DNA of 64,000 nt from Octopus sinensis (taxonomy: Eukaryota), in the NCBI RefSeq assembly GCF_006345805.1, contig NC_042997.1, positions 52,762,001 through 52,826,000 on the forward strand, written 5' to 3'. A program made the position numbers and the translations under genes. How positions within the stretch are numbered: position 1 is the first letter of the stretch; each line of letters opens with the position of its first letter. The notes under the pieces were generated by a model. It was not told the DNA's origin and did no database searches. It saw nothing but the letters and a program-made list of their open reading frames with translations. Shown in pieces: positions 14,795 through 28,219 of this stretch.

Positions 14795-15623
14795 TTAAAT
14801 ACTTGTGGTAGGCAAATTAGTCGTTTCTAGTTCTCTGTAGCTACTGAATTTATTGAGATTATAAACCAATCGGCTGTTTGCTTTTCTAGGATTAGTCAAA
14901 CTGATGCAGACACCTCTGAGGACAATCCAACAAGATTATGGCTAGAATATATTTGATTATAGGTCTGCACGACCAGGACTGACACAGGGTTAACAAAACA
15001 ACAATACAACTGGTAATAGATAAGAATCTTTGCATTAAAATTAATTCTAATTAGGCCTTCCTTTCTCTCTTCCTCCTTTCTCCTTCTCTTCTATCCAGAA
15101 CTATTTATGTCGTACTTTGCTCTTTTCCATCTCATTTTTAGCCTCCTTCCGCCTCGTTGTTACCACTGCATTTTCAAATCGAAATATCGATGTCATCGTA
15201 CAGATATAAAATATATATATATCATCTGCAACAATAAAAGAATACGATTATCAGAAATAAATAAACAAGCAGTCTTCTCATAAGGACTGCCATGTAAATA
15301 TTTTCTTCTTTGTTTTGCATTCAATAAGAACAATGCGGATGATTTTTATGTATGTGTTTTTTTTTCTTCTTTCGGTCGTTAATCTAGTTAATCAACTCTT
15401 GTAGTTTTGGTCTCTCGTGCAAATGCATTTTCACTCACAAAAGTAATATAGACCTAACATTCAAACACACACAAAAATCTTTCTTTCAAATAACGGTTAG
15501 TCATTCTACTTACAACTCTCTCTCTCTTCCTCCCCCTCTCTCCAGACACACACACACACGTATGTATGTATGTAGTATGTATGTATGTATGTATGTATGT
15601 ATGTATGTATGTATGTATGTATG

Positions 15624-15662
<39 letters not shown>

Positions 15663-15875
15663 ATATAACAGGGGGAATTAACCTATTTCTCTGTAGATGG
15701 AAAAAAAGATGAACAGCCTTAATTGATTTTAGAATCTTGTTGGATTGTCCTCAGAGGTGTCTGCATCAGTTTGACTAATCCCAGAAAAGCAAACAGCCGA
15801 TTGGTTTATATTCTCAATAAATTCAGTAGCTACAGAGAACTAGAAACGACTAATTTGCCTACCACAAGTATTTAA
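14795..15875. repeat. Inverted repeat pair, arms 14795-14937 and 15733-15875
   Basis: About 143-bp arms, reverse complementary, 2 mismatches seen. Confidence 0.9.
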
Positions 15876-17124
15876 AATCAGGGTCCTGTCAACAGCAATC
15901 TCAGTCCACACATTACCAAGGTATGATGTATGTAGTGAACCTTGTATGCATGAAGTGGATTCGATCCACCACAACCAAATTTAAATTAACACTGCAACAG
16001 AATTTTCCCACGATGGAACAATGGTTTTTTCTCTGACAGCAGTTTTACATTTTCTAGATACCTTTAGCTAGACCGAAATAATGTCTTCACCACTTGACCC
16101 TTTCTAACCTATTCTACTTCACCAAAAACTAGAATAGAGATAACAAGACCACCAACTAAATCTATTGTTCTCAATGATATATCTATCTTTCTGGATAGTT
16201 ATATAAACCAGCACATCCCAAGCAAAAATTAGGTCGTCACAGTCGTGACGACTCAACGGAGTTAGTCACAGTCGGTAACGACTCAATGAAGTCTGGCTGA
16301 CCAGCTAGAACATTGGTAAGAGGGAGAAATGAAGTAGACTGTCAGCAATGTCCCACACCCTACAATTCTCTCTAGCTCTAATTCTGTCCCCCCACAACAT
16401 CATTCTATCTCTCTCTGTAATTACTACTACTAAACAATGAAGAGGACACATACAAAAACTTTACTTTGCATGCTTTTGGATGTATCAAAACCTGCCCGTC
16501 GAGGCAAGGTATTTGTAACGTAACGGTAAATAAATACTTTCTTAAAACTTCATGCATTGTTCATCTTCCACATCTTACAACTTGCTGTTATAACAAATTT
16601 TTATCGTCATAACTGCTGACTACGACATCATCATAATATTGTTTACCAATCAACTTCTGCCGTTACATATATGTAAATCTCTGCAGTAGACATTTCTGAC
16701 ATTGTTATTTTTATGCATGATCGTGTACGCACGTACAAATACATGCACACCCAACGTATGACAAAATTCAAATCATATCAACGTAGTTGATATAATTTCG
16801 ACTGATATTAACCAGAAATATAACCATCAAGTTGCTAACATGCGTTTTCATACTATACATTGACTTAAGGTCATTATTCATGCACTCATATATAAGTTGC
16901 TATTATTGTTTTTATGTAAAGATCAGACGTGGCTCACAGACTACTCATCCCAGTTATAAAATGCTGGTGTTTAACTGACAACTATATTACATATTTGTCT
17001 GGGATCCTTAACACCTGATGAAGTTGTAGAAGTGCCATTGTGACATACAACATGTGTTAGGCATTTTAAACGGGACAAAGCTCATCCCTATCCAGGAATG
17101 GCGAAAGCAGATTCTAAAGAAAGT

Positions 17125-17154
17125 GTATGTGTGTGTGTGTGTGAGAAAGAGAGA

Positions 17155-17194
<40 letters not shown>

Positions 17195-17463
17195 CGGACA
17201 GACAGACAGAGAAATAATATAGTAAGAGAGTAAAAGAAGGAGGAGGAAGAGATGAAGGAGGAGGACGAGCTGAAGAAGGACGAGGAGGAAAAGAAGAAGC
17301 GTATACACACACACACACATACACACACACACACACACACAAACACATGCGCGCGAGCACGTACACACACATACATACACACACACACACACACACAACA
17401 CACACACACACATACACACACACACACACACACACAAACACATGCGCGCGAGCACGTACACAC

Positions 17464-17542
<79 letters not shown>

Positions 17543-17555
17543 ATTTAACGAAGCA
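17125..17555. repeat. Compound (TG)n/(GA)n/(GAG/GAA)n/(CA)n microsatellite with an internal ~95-bp duplication
   Basis: aaacacatgcgcgcgagcacgtacac occurs at 17341 and 17436. Confidence 0.9.
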
Positions 17556-18152
17556 AGCACTCGATAAAACCACTTCGTATGATAGCACAGAAATTAGAGT
17601 CAGTATTTATACTCTACGTTATTCTAAATAGTTATACCATGTTCCCATGCATAGGTAACCCCCAAGATTCGTGTGTGTGCATGTATGTATATGTATACAC
17701 ACACACACACCTATATTATATATATATAATATATATATATATAATATATATACACTCACACACGTACAAAATAAAGAATGTTCAAATTACAGTATAGACA
17801 TCCATACAACAGATAAAAGAATGGACAGTAAACGAAGAAAAATAAAGAAAAAAAAACAAACAAACGAGGCAATACAAACAACAAAAGACAAATTTCAGCA
17901 CTTTTGTTAGAGAGAAGAGTACAATGAGTTCCCCAGCCATTTTAATGGCGTCTCATTTTCCTAATTTTCTTGCCATTTATTCTGTTCAATATGATTTACA
18001 CGTCGCCCTTATTGTTGATGTTGCCGTCCAACTGTTAATAATGTGATCCCTATTTTTAGTAGTAGAAGCATCAGGATAATACACAATGTATCGCTATTCA
18101 ATACATTCAATGCAATCAGTTTTATTACTGCTTGATAAAAGATTGTATTCTT

Positions 18153-18205
<53 letters not shown>

Positions 18206-18526
18206 GTTTTGTTTTGATGCGTTGTATTTGAAAGTCAAAGCTTGTACGTCTAAAAATGACCTCTAATTCTGATAGCTGATGTGGGTAAATAAAGGGTTGA
18301 ATATTTTTCTAGGACAACGGGAAATAGAGAAAAGAGAAGCATCAAGTTGTGGTAAACATCCTTAATTTTTTTCGTTTTATTTATATTTGAATGCTTTTGT
18401 TTCTTCAGATTTCCTTTGAAATAATTTTACAGTTAACTTAAAGTGAGATGACAAGATAGATAAAATGGAAAATGAATTTTAAAATACAACCTAGGTTTCC
18501 TTGTTTTATGAAAAACAATTTATAAA

Positions 18527-18908
18527 GGCGCAGGAGTGGCTGTGTGGTAAGTAGCTTGCTTACCAACCACATGGTTCTGGGTTCAGTCCCACTGAGTGGC
18601 ACCCTGGGCAAGTGTCTTCTACTATAGCCTCGGGCCGTTCAAAGCCTTGTGAATGGATTTGGTAGACGGAAACTGAAAGAAGCCCGTCGTATATATGTAT
18701 ATGTATATATGTGTGTGCGTATATATGTGACAACCGGTGCTGGTATGTTTACGTCCCCGTAACTTAACGGTTCGGCAAAAGAGAGCGATAGAATAAGTAC
18801 TAGGCTTACAAAGAATAAGTCTTAGGGTCGATTTGTTCGACTAAAGGCGGTGCTCCAGCATGGCCACAGTCAAATGACTGAAACAATTAAAAGAGTAAAA
18901 AGAGTAAA
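18527..18908 (+). mobile_element. SINE family C
   Basis: Near-full-length match to 9700-10105. Confidence 0.9.
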
Positions 18909-19478
18909 ATAAAAATATTAAACAACGGATATTTGACTTGGTAGAACAGCGGACTAAATGCTCTGATTTGGTTACATCCCTTTACGTTCTGAGTTCAAAT
19001 TGTGTACGGGCCGACTTTGTTATTCATTCTTTCCAAATATCACTCAAACCCTGGATCTATAAAATTGTTTCTTCCATTGAAGGAAGATGTCCAACATAAC
19101 CACAGTGCACTGACTGAAAGAATATTTTTGTTTCTTGTTCATTTTTCATTTTGAGTAATTACCATCATGATGAGTTTCTCGCTGAGACGGGTCTTCAAAG
19201 AACGATTTTACTCGAAGATCGTTTACACACTAATAAATTAGGATTTAGCTCCCATTTTTTATGTTTCTACAAGCTGTATTTAGCTACTTACTCCCTCTTG
19301 CTTTTTCTTCTCTCTTTCTTTCTCCCAATCTTTCGTATGTGTATATGTACGTGTGCGTGTGTGTATGTATGTGTATTTGTATGTATGTATATGTGTATGT
19401 ATGCGTACATATATGTGTGTGTATGTATATATGCAGACATATATATATATACACATACACACGTACACACACACAGAT

Positions 19479-19526
<48 letters not shown>

Positions 19527-19755
19527 ACACACACACACCACACAAGATAACTAGTGGCGATTTATTGACGACACAGATGAGTCTAGTGGCGCCTTTGATA
19601 CATTGCATAAAATAGATCAGTGAACATCTAGGCGGAATGAAATTTTAACTTCCTACATTTTATGCTGTGTCATTGTCTCACTATGTAATTATCGAAATAA
19701 GACTCCCCTACAATAATCCCGCTTCATACTAAAAGTAAACCCTACAAAATATACA

Positions 19756-20165
19756 AGGCGCAGGAGTGGCTGTGTGGTAAGTAGCTTGCTAACCAACCAC
19801 ATGGTTCCGGGTTCAGTCCCACTGTGTGGCATCTTGGGCAAGTGTCTTCTGCTATAGCCCCGGGCCGACCAATGCCTTGTGAGTGGATTTGGTAGACGGA
19901 AACTGAAAGAAGCCTGTCGTATATATGTATATATATATATATATATACGTGTGTGTGTGTGTGTTTGTGTTTGTCCCCCTAGCATTGCTTGACAACCGAT
20001 GCTGGTGTGTTTACGTCCCCGTCACTTAGCGGTTCGGCAAAAGAGAGCGATAGAATAAGTACTGAGCTTACAAAGAATAAGTCCCGGGGTCGATTTGCTC
20101 GACTAAAGGCGGTGCTCCAGCATGGCCGCAGTCAAATGACTGAAACAATTAAAAGAGTAAAGAGT
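19756..20165 (+). mobile_element. SINE family C
   Basis: Near-full-length match to 9700-10105. Confidence 0.9.
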
Positions 20166-20704
20166 AATCATTTAATTGAACTTCTTGTACGTCGATGTTT
20201 GGTCCTTTTCGTTGAAGTTCCAGGATTTTTCACCCTTTTTTCACAAATTATTAAGATAAAATGGAAAATGAGAGAAATAATATTTTCAAAGGTTGACTGG
20301 TCTCTTTAAGATATTTTGTTTTGAAAGGCAACAGCTAAACCCCCAAATAAACATTTACAATTAGCTCGTTATTTCCAGTTCAGTTTATTTCCAGAATTAG
20401 TTTGTAAAACAGAGTTTAAAAAAATACATGAAATATAAATTAAATGTGAAGGAAAAATATAGACTATTCATGAAAAAGAAAGAGAAATAGCTAAAAGGCC
20501 AAGACTTGTCATTCAATTCTGAACACACAGCAAACGTAGTTACAATGCATAACTAATTACTTATAAACACGTATTTGGTTTCTCGCCTTTTCTCAGTAAC
20601 TGATATCTTCGAAAGAAATCAAAAAAATAAAAAGAAGAAATCTTGTGTAGCCATGTAACAAATTCAGTAACGTACGATATCATATTTGGGAATACGGACA
20701 TTAT

Positions 20705-21300
<596 letters not shown>

Positions 21301-21815
21301 AAATACACACGCATATGCATTCATTAGTGAGTGTATGTGTGCGCATAAATGTGCGTATATTTGAGTTTATGCGCATGTCGGTGTAAGATAAATATTATTA
21401 CATAATCATGACTAAAGTTTCAGAGCAATAGACCTAATCAGGGGATTAAAAAAATATAACGAATAACAACTACATGGTTCATCCTAGTGGTTAGAAGGTT
21501 GGATGCTTGATCATACGAACATGGGTTTGATTCTTAGAGCAGGTGGTATGTTGTGGTTTTGAGCAAAGTATTTCATTTCACGTTGCTACAGTCTACTCAG
21601 ATGAAACACCTACCACCCAAATGCTGATGCAGCTCTCACCCGTCATCTTTTTCTCCCTCTCCTCCTTCAGTTGTCACATTTGTGATGTTCTCCTAGGACA
21701 AATAATAGAAGGGCCGAGAGAGTGTCTGTGTCATGCTCGCTTGCTAGTGATGGCTGCACCTTTTATACATGTATGTATGTATGTATGTATGTATGTATGT
21801 ATGTATGTATGTATG

Positions 21816-21866
<51 letters not shown>

Positions 21867-22497
21867 ATATATATATATAGGTGTGTATGTATGGGTATGT
21901 ATCTATGTATGCGTTTAAGCATTTTGTCCGATGTGTGTGTGTGTAAATGATAACACAAATTGGCTGAGGTGCATCACAGCTGTTTCAGTCATTTTCTTTA
22001 TTGAGCAACAAAACAATTACATCATGTAAAAAAAAAACCTTCTCTTCAGGTGAATAAAGAGTAAAATTTAGCATTTAGGATTTTTCACAAAATTTGTACA
22101 AAATGCGTATTGACCTTCTCATCTCGGTCCCCGACTCTACTTTGCTGCGTTTGTTATTTAAAGACTTTGATTCCATCGGATCCTGAATTTGTTTTTATTT
22201 ATATGTATTTACATACATACATATGTACATAAATACATAGATACAGACAGACAGACAGACAGACAGACACACACACACACACACACACAACACACACACA
22301 CACTCACGCACACACATATATATCCCTTTTTTTTCTGACTCCCAAAATATTCTTCCTAATATTTGATAAGATGGTTACATCAAAACTGGTTATATTTTAT
22401 TAAACATTATCTAAAGTATACTTCTGTGACTTTTCGAAACTTATTTACCTTTTTAACTAAAATTCTTTATTTGTATGGACTCTTAACCACTTTTCAA

Positions 22498-22543
<46 letters not shown>

Positions 22544-22574
22544 TATATTTATGTGTGTGTGTATATATATATAT

Positions 22575-23175
22575 TGAGGATCCTTGTTAACATAAAGCTG
22601 AAGATCAGTGAAAAAGAGAACACCTATGCTGAACTATTGAGAAATCTGCAGTTAGTCTATCCAGATTACAAATTCAGGTTTATACCTGTAACTATTGGGG
22701 CCCTGGGATATGTAACACACTGCTTAAATGTCAATCTTGAAAAATAAGGATTCTCAAAACCAGAAAGGAGAAAGCTAATCCGAAGACTACAGATCCAATC
22801 CATCACTGGAACTATAAAAATCTGTGAAACTTTCCAGATGTTAATCATTTAAATATATATATGAACATGTCTAGATCTGAAACTATATGCATGAGAATAC
22901 ATACATAAAACATACAAATCTGCACATACATACATGCATGCATACATACATACATACATACATAAATACATACATACATACATACACATACATACATACA
23001 TACATACATACATACATACATGCATACATACATACATACATACATACAAGCAAACAAAAATACCCTGTTGTTGATGTTGAAATTCGAATGAAAGAGCCTT
23101 GGATCTAGGTTAGAAACCGGTTCTTTCTCTATTGTCAAGAAATCTTGAAATAAACTGAATAATGATATATACATA
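22575..23175 (+). mobile_element. 5'-truncated RLE-type non-LTR retrotransposon of a different family, with (CATA)n-containing 3' region
   Basis: VNIKLKISEKENTYAELLRNLQLVYPDYKFRFIPVTIGALGYV..RRKLIRRLQIQSITGTIKIC is an RLE C-terminus (K..KY...IP..IGALG). Its 5' end lies in a (TA)/(TG) tract. Confidence 0.7.
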
Positions 23176-23221
23176 CATTCAATTATGAGCATATACATCT
23201 TTAATAGATATGTATGGATAT

Positions 23222-23620
23222 GTATGTATATACTCTTTTACTCTTTTACTTGTTTCAGTCATTTGACGGCGGCCATGCTGGAGCACCGCCTTTAATCGAG
23301 CAACTCGACCCCGGGACTTATTCTTTTGTAAGCCCAGTACTTATTTTATCAGTCTCTTTTGCCGAACCGCTAAGTTGTGGGGACATGAACACACCAGCAT
23401 CGGTTGTCAAGCAATGCTAGGGGGACAAATACAGACACACAAACACACACACGCATATATATATACATATATACGACGGGTTTTTTTCAGTTTCCGTCTA
23501 CCAAATCCACTCACAAGGCTTTGGTCGGCCCGAGGCTATAGTAGAAGACACTTGCCCAAGGTGCCACGCAGTGGGACTGAACCCGGAACCATGTGGTTGG
23601 TAAACAAGCTACTTACCACT
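23222..23620 (-). mobile_element. SINE family C
   Basis: Reverse complement of family C. Confidence 0.9.
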
Positions 23621-24587
23621 ACGTGTTGTAGTGTGCGTGTATGTGTAAATATATATATATAGAGAGAGAGAGAGGGGGGGGTTATTTTAAGCCAATATTC
23701 TTGCTGATGAAGCTGTCCCTATGTTAGAGGTGGGGACGCTTAAGCCATTTCTTAACGGAGTCCCTTATCTGTTCATAAGAACGAAATCGTTTTATTTTAT
23801 CGGAAAACCTCAACGCTAATGTTAACTGCCTGTTAGAAAGGAATAAATATCAGCAATATATTTGCTGTATTTAACGTCGCTACACACCAAAAGACCACCC
23901 AAGTAGCAGCATTCCTTCTGTCCAGTTTACAGTTGAGTGCAGTCAAGAAATAAGAAGATATTGCAAACAAGCCGCAAAGTGAATATTAATGTCTGTGGAT
24001 ATATTTACGTTTGTTGATGTTGTTATTTAGCCCCAAGTCAGCTCTGATTAAGCAGACCTCTGACGAAAAACGACCTAGTCAAGAGTATTCCGTCTATTTT
24101 TTTCTTCACCACACATAGCGTGTCCAGGATTATATTACTCAGTGTGTCCTTCCTATTTTTAAGGCAGTAAAGTGTACATAAGATTAATTTGGTTGTTGTT
24201 TCCAGCAGGTCGAGTAACTATTTAGAAGCGACATCATTGGTTATTCATATGCTATTAGTAAAGTTGTTCAATGTAATAACTATCAAAGATTTAATTAGAA
24301 ATATTTACGAGGCGAGGAAAAGACATTATCTCAATAACTAATATTATATCAATAATTTCGTTAGAAATGGGAGACAATCCCGAGAAAATTTCAGTCTTAT
24401 TAGGCCTTCTTAGTGAATAATAGACCTTTCTATATATGCAGAAATAGTGATGGAAGAATCTCTGAGTCGGTGTATAATATTGTCTGAAAAAGTATGTACA
24501 ATAGGTGTGAAAAATTAGACTCTCGCTGCCTGTTGTTATTTAATAATATTATATGATGAGAAATACTCTGGAAGCGATTACTAATAT

Positions 24588-24626
<39 letters not shown>

Positions 24627-24953
24627 TTTCGGCATGTGTAGGGGATAACTGCATCGATGTTTCAGTTTTATGCTCACTATATTATTTATGTTAATTTTAC
24701 CTTAACTATTGCTTTGCCTGCGGATATATGAAGTCTTCGTGTAATTAGCTCTAAATGGTATATCTTTTTTCTTTTATATGATTGTAAATTGACTACGCAC
24801 ACACGAGTTTATTTTGAATTTGTTTTAAATCTTGAGTTTATACTTAAATGTGCATGTATAGAAAAGAATAATATGACTAGGAGAATGAGAACGAGAGAGA
24901 GAGAGAGAGACAGACAGACAGAGTGTGAGAGAGAGACAGACAGACAGACAGAG

Positions 24954-24984
<31 letters not shown>

Positions 24985-25589
24985 TGGGGAAGGGATTGCG
25001 AGAGAGAAAGAGAGTAATATGAGAGAGTAAAACTGAGAGAGTAAAATTAATAATATCAAAAATAATGGTTTCACAATGAAATAACGGCTGTACAATACGC
25101 GACTGTACAATCTCTCTTTAACACGTAGACTTCAGACTTCACCTGAAGATACAATCGCAGTTGCTTAACTGTATAACTGCTATTATATTTTTGTAGTTTA
25201 TTTGCCTTTCTAATGATTATTATTCTAATTGCTCCTCGCACAAAAGTAGTCTTCTCCTTTCATCCTTTTGGAGTCGATAAAATAAATACCAGTTGAGCAT
25301 TGGAGTTGATGTAACCGACTCGCACTCCTCTCCACATAATTTCAGACCTTGTGCCTATAAGTAGAAAGAATTAATAATCTTACTAAGGCAATTTGCTGAC
25401 AGAATTATTACAGCATTGGACAAAATGTCCAGCAGCATATCCTTACGTTCTGAGTTCATATCCCGCCGTGGTCAGCTTTACTTTTCATCTTTTCAGGATC
25501 GATAAAGTAAAGTAACCGACAAGCACTGGTTCTGCTCCTTAAAATTGCTGGCCTTGTGAAAAAATTATTAATCTTATTTAAGGTTTCTT

Positions 25590-26175
25590 TTGCTTATTAG
25601 CCCCCTCAACCTGCTTCCTCCAACTGTGGCGATGACAGGCATTGCACTCACAGTCAGTCTCCTGCATATCACAGGCCCTTAATGAGGACTTGACACATTC
25701 CTTAAATCGGAGCCTTGGTTTCTGCCAGGGTCTCTTTCCTTTCACAAGTTCCCCATATAGCATCTGCTTAGGGATCCTGCTATCCTTCATCCTGATAAGG
25801 TGTCCAGTCCAACGTAACCAGTGCTTGTGCGCTATCACCTCAATATTCAAGATATCAGCTGTCTTCAGGACCTGTGTGTCAAGAGTTTTTAAGATCCAGC
25901 CAACATTCAGAATAAGTCTGAGGCATCTCTGATGAAAGCGTTCAAAGACCCTTACATGAAGTTTGTAACGGGTCCATGTCTCTCATGTGTAAAGGAACGA
26001 TGTCAGTACACATGCACGGTACACAGCAATTTTTGTTTGCTTTGTGATGTCATGCTGGGACCAGACACGAGACTGAAGAGACCGGAAGGAATCAGTTGCT
26101 CTCTGCAGCCTGAAAGATATTTCATCATCCAGAGAGCAAGAACGGCTGAATGTGCTGCACTAATAAGTTCATGAA
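25590..26175 (-). mobile_element. RTE-clade LINE RT/C-terminal fragment (decayed)
   Basis: SLDDEISFRLQRATDSFRSLQSRVWSQHDITKQTKIAVYRACVLTSFLYT*ETWT..ERFHQRCLRLIL..LRWTGHLIRMKDSRIPKQMLYGELVKGKR. Confidence 0.9.
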
Positions 26176-26234
26176 GGGACTGTATGATGTAATCACAACC
26201 AAATTGTATATATATATTTGTGATAAACAGGCAT

Positions 26235-26289
<55 letters not shown>

Positions 26290-26331
26290 ATACACAGGCA
26301 TACACACACGTACACACACTCATATATATAT

Positions 26332-26381
<50 letters not shown>

Positions 26382-26404
26382 ATATACATACATACATACA
26401 TACA

Positions 26405-26440
<36 letters not shown>

Positions 26441-27461
26441 TATATATGAGAAGATGAGAAGGAGAAAGAGAAGAGAAGAAAGGTGGAAGAGAAATAAAGA
26501 GGAGAACTGTATTTTAAAAAAACTGGATAAACTTCTCCAGATTTTGTAGCATAGAGAGCTTTGGTGAGTTTGATACATTTAATAGTCTCTTTGGAACACA
26601 GGGTCTAGTTTCCTAATTTTCTTTCCAGACATTTCTTGACAGTAGCAACTTTTTGCAAAGGCCCAAAACTGACAGACTAAGGTATATCATATTTTAAGAT
26701 TTACTGGCTTCTTTACACAAATATATCTCATTAACGCACTTCAAGCAAATTGAAAGAAAATTTTTTCATAGGAAGCGCGAAGCATAACTTTGTATATAAT
26801 TTAAGTGTATGAGCTGCCCTACTCTAAGGATTTCACTGAATGTTTCAAATGGTGTTCCTTGTACAAAATCACTAGCCTGTGCAAATCATTTTTTTAAAAA
26901 AGCATTTAAAAAATTCAGTTGGTGTTTTGCAGACAGAGATTGTTGCTAGTCTCCTTTAATTCTTGTATTTTATTTTATCTTATAAGTCATAAAATGCTTT
27001 CAAATTTGTAATAGCAATAATCCTTTGTTAAATTCACTCAAGCCATACATTTATGTGTTAGTTGCTCGTCTTTTAACGGATAAAAAAACATGCAAGTGAC
27101 AGAATTAGTAAAGTGCCGAATAAATAAAATACATTACACAATAAAATTATATTCTTTATAGAGTGTATTAAAATACCACTGCCGTAACACAAAATTACAA
27201 ATATACTACTGTTCCGAAAAACCTCCAGCAATCCCTGGACTGAGTGATTGTGAGGGAGTGCATTATCAGTTCAGGATATACAATACAGATATGGGAATGT
27301 GTTGCGCCTCAGTTAGAAACTCGTACATCTTGAGCTCAAATTCCGACTTTGCTTTTCATTCTTTTAGAGTTGATGAAATAAGTAACAGTTAAGCACTTGG
27401 TTAAATGTAATCGACTTACTCCCACTCCAACGTTGCAGGCCTTGTACCTGTAGTAGAAAGG

Positions 27462-27499
<38 letters not shown>

Positions 27500-27502
<3 letters not shown>

Positions 27503-27704
27503 AGCTAGCAGAATCGTTAGCACGCCGGGTGAAATGCTTAGCGGTGTTTCGTTCGTCTTTACGTTCTTACTTCAAATTCCGCCGAGGTCGACTTTGCATT
27601 TCATCCTTTCGGGGTCGATAAATTAAGTACCAGTGAAACACTGGAGTCGATATAATCGAGTAGTTCCCTCCCCACAAATTTCAGGCCTTGTGCCTTTAGT
27701 AGAA

Positions 27705-27752
<48 letters not shown>
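27500..27752 (+). mobile_element. SINE family D between two (ATT)n tracts
   Basis: Family D body ending gtgcctttagtagaa(att)n. A 3' remnant of another copy lies at 27310-27500. Confidence 0.85.
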
Positions 27753-27755
<3 letters not shown>

Positions 27756-28060
27756 CCCGCCTTAGCGAAGGCGGAGGTATTGTTTTCAGTCATGCTTGTT
27801 TGTTTGCCTTGATAACTCAAGAACCGCTGGGTGGATTCGGATGAAACTTTCAGAGATGTTTGGCCTTGGGTCTGGCACAAACTGATTATATTTTGGGATC
27901 GATCCAGTACCAGACAAGGATTCTAGATTATTTTCCCTGTTTTTTTACTTCATTTTTGAAAGCGGTCGGGTTCAATTTTAGTATTCTCGTTTATAAGAGC
28001 AGTCGAGTTTATTTAATATATTCTCATTTTTAAAATCATCATTGGCTAATCGTTGAGAGG
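27750..28060 (+). mobile_element. Putative Helentron/Helitron2-associated (HINE/DINE-like) non-autonomous element
   Basis: ttacccccgccttagcgaaggcggagg terminal hairpin, gtttgtttg microsatellite, gataactcaagaac..gatgaaactt block. The 3' end is unclear. Confidence 0.45.
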
Positions 28061-28219
28061 ACGTTAGTATTGTGTCGAGTCATTTGACTCTCTGTTGCAT
28101 TTGATGTGTGCTCGCTCCATGTGAGTCATGTTATTGTTGACGGTCTACCCCACCTAATTGTTATATTACTAAACTATTGAATTTATTGTTACCTGAATTT
28201 TTATTTTTATTCCCCATTT

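Noticed and set aside
15880-16230. Possible Penelope RT remnant (LHFLDT)
   Set aside because: A single short motif is too weak without a profile search.
23700-23750. CTGATGA followed by a stem (gtccc/gggac), a possible hammerhead
   Set aside because: No GAAA follows stem II.
25590-26175. Apparent twin-priming 5' inversion of the RTE fragment (plus-strand ORF 25932-26174 seeming to continue the minus-strand ORF)
   Set aside because: Minus-strand translation runs straight through the supposed junction (..ETWT..ERFHQRCLR..). It is one collinear fragment and the plus ORF is antisense noise.
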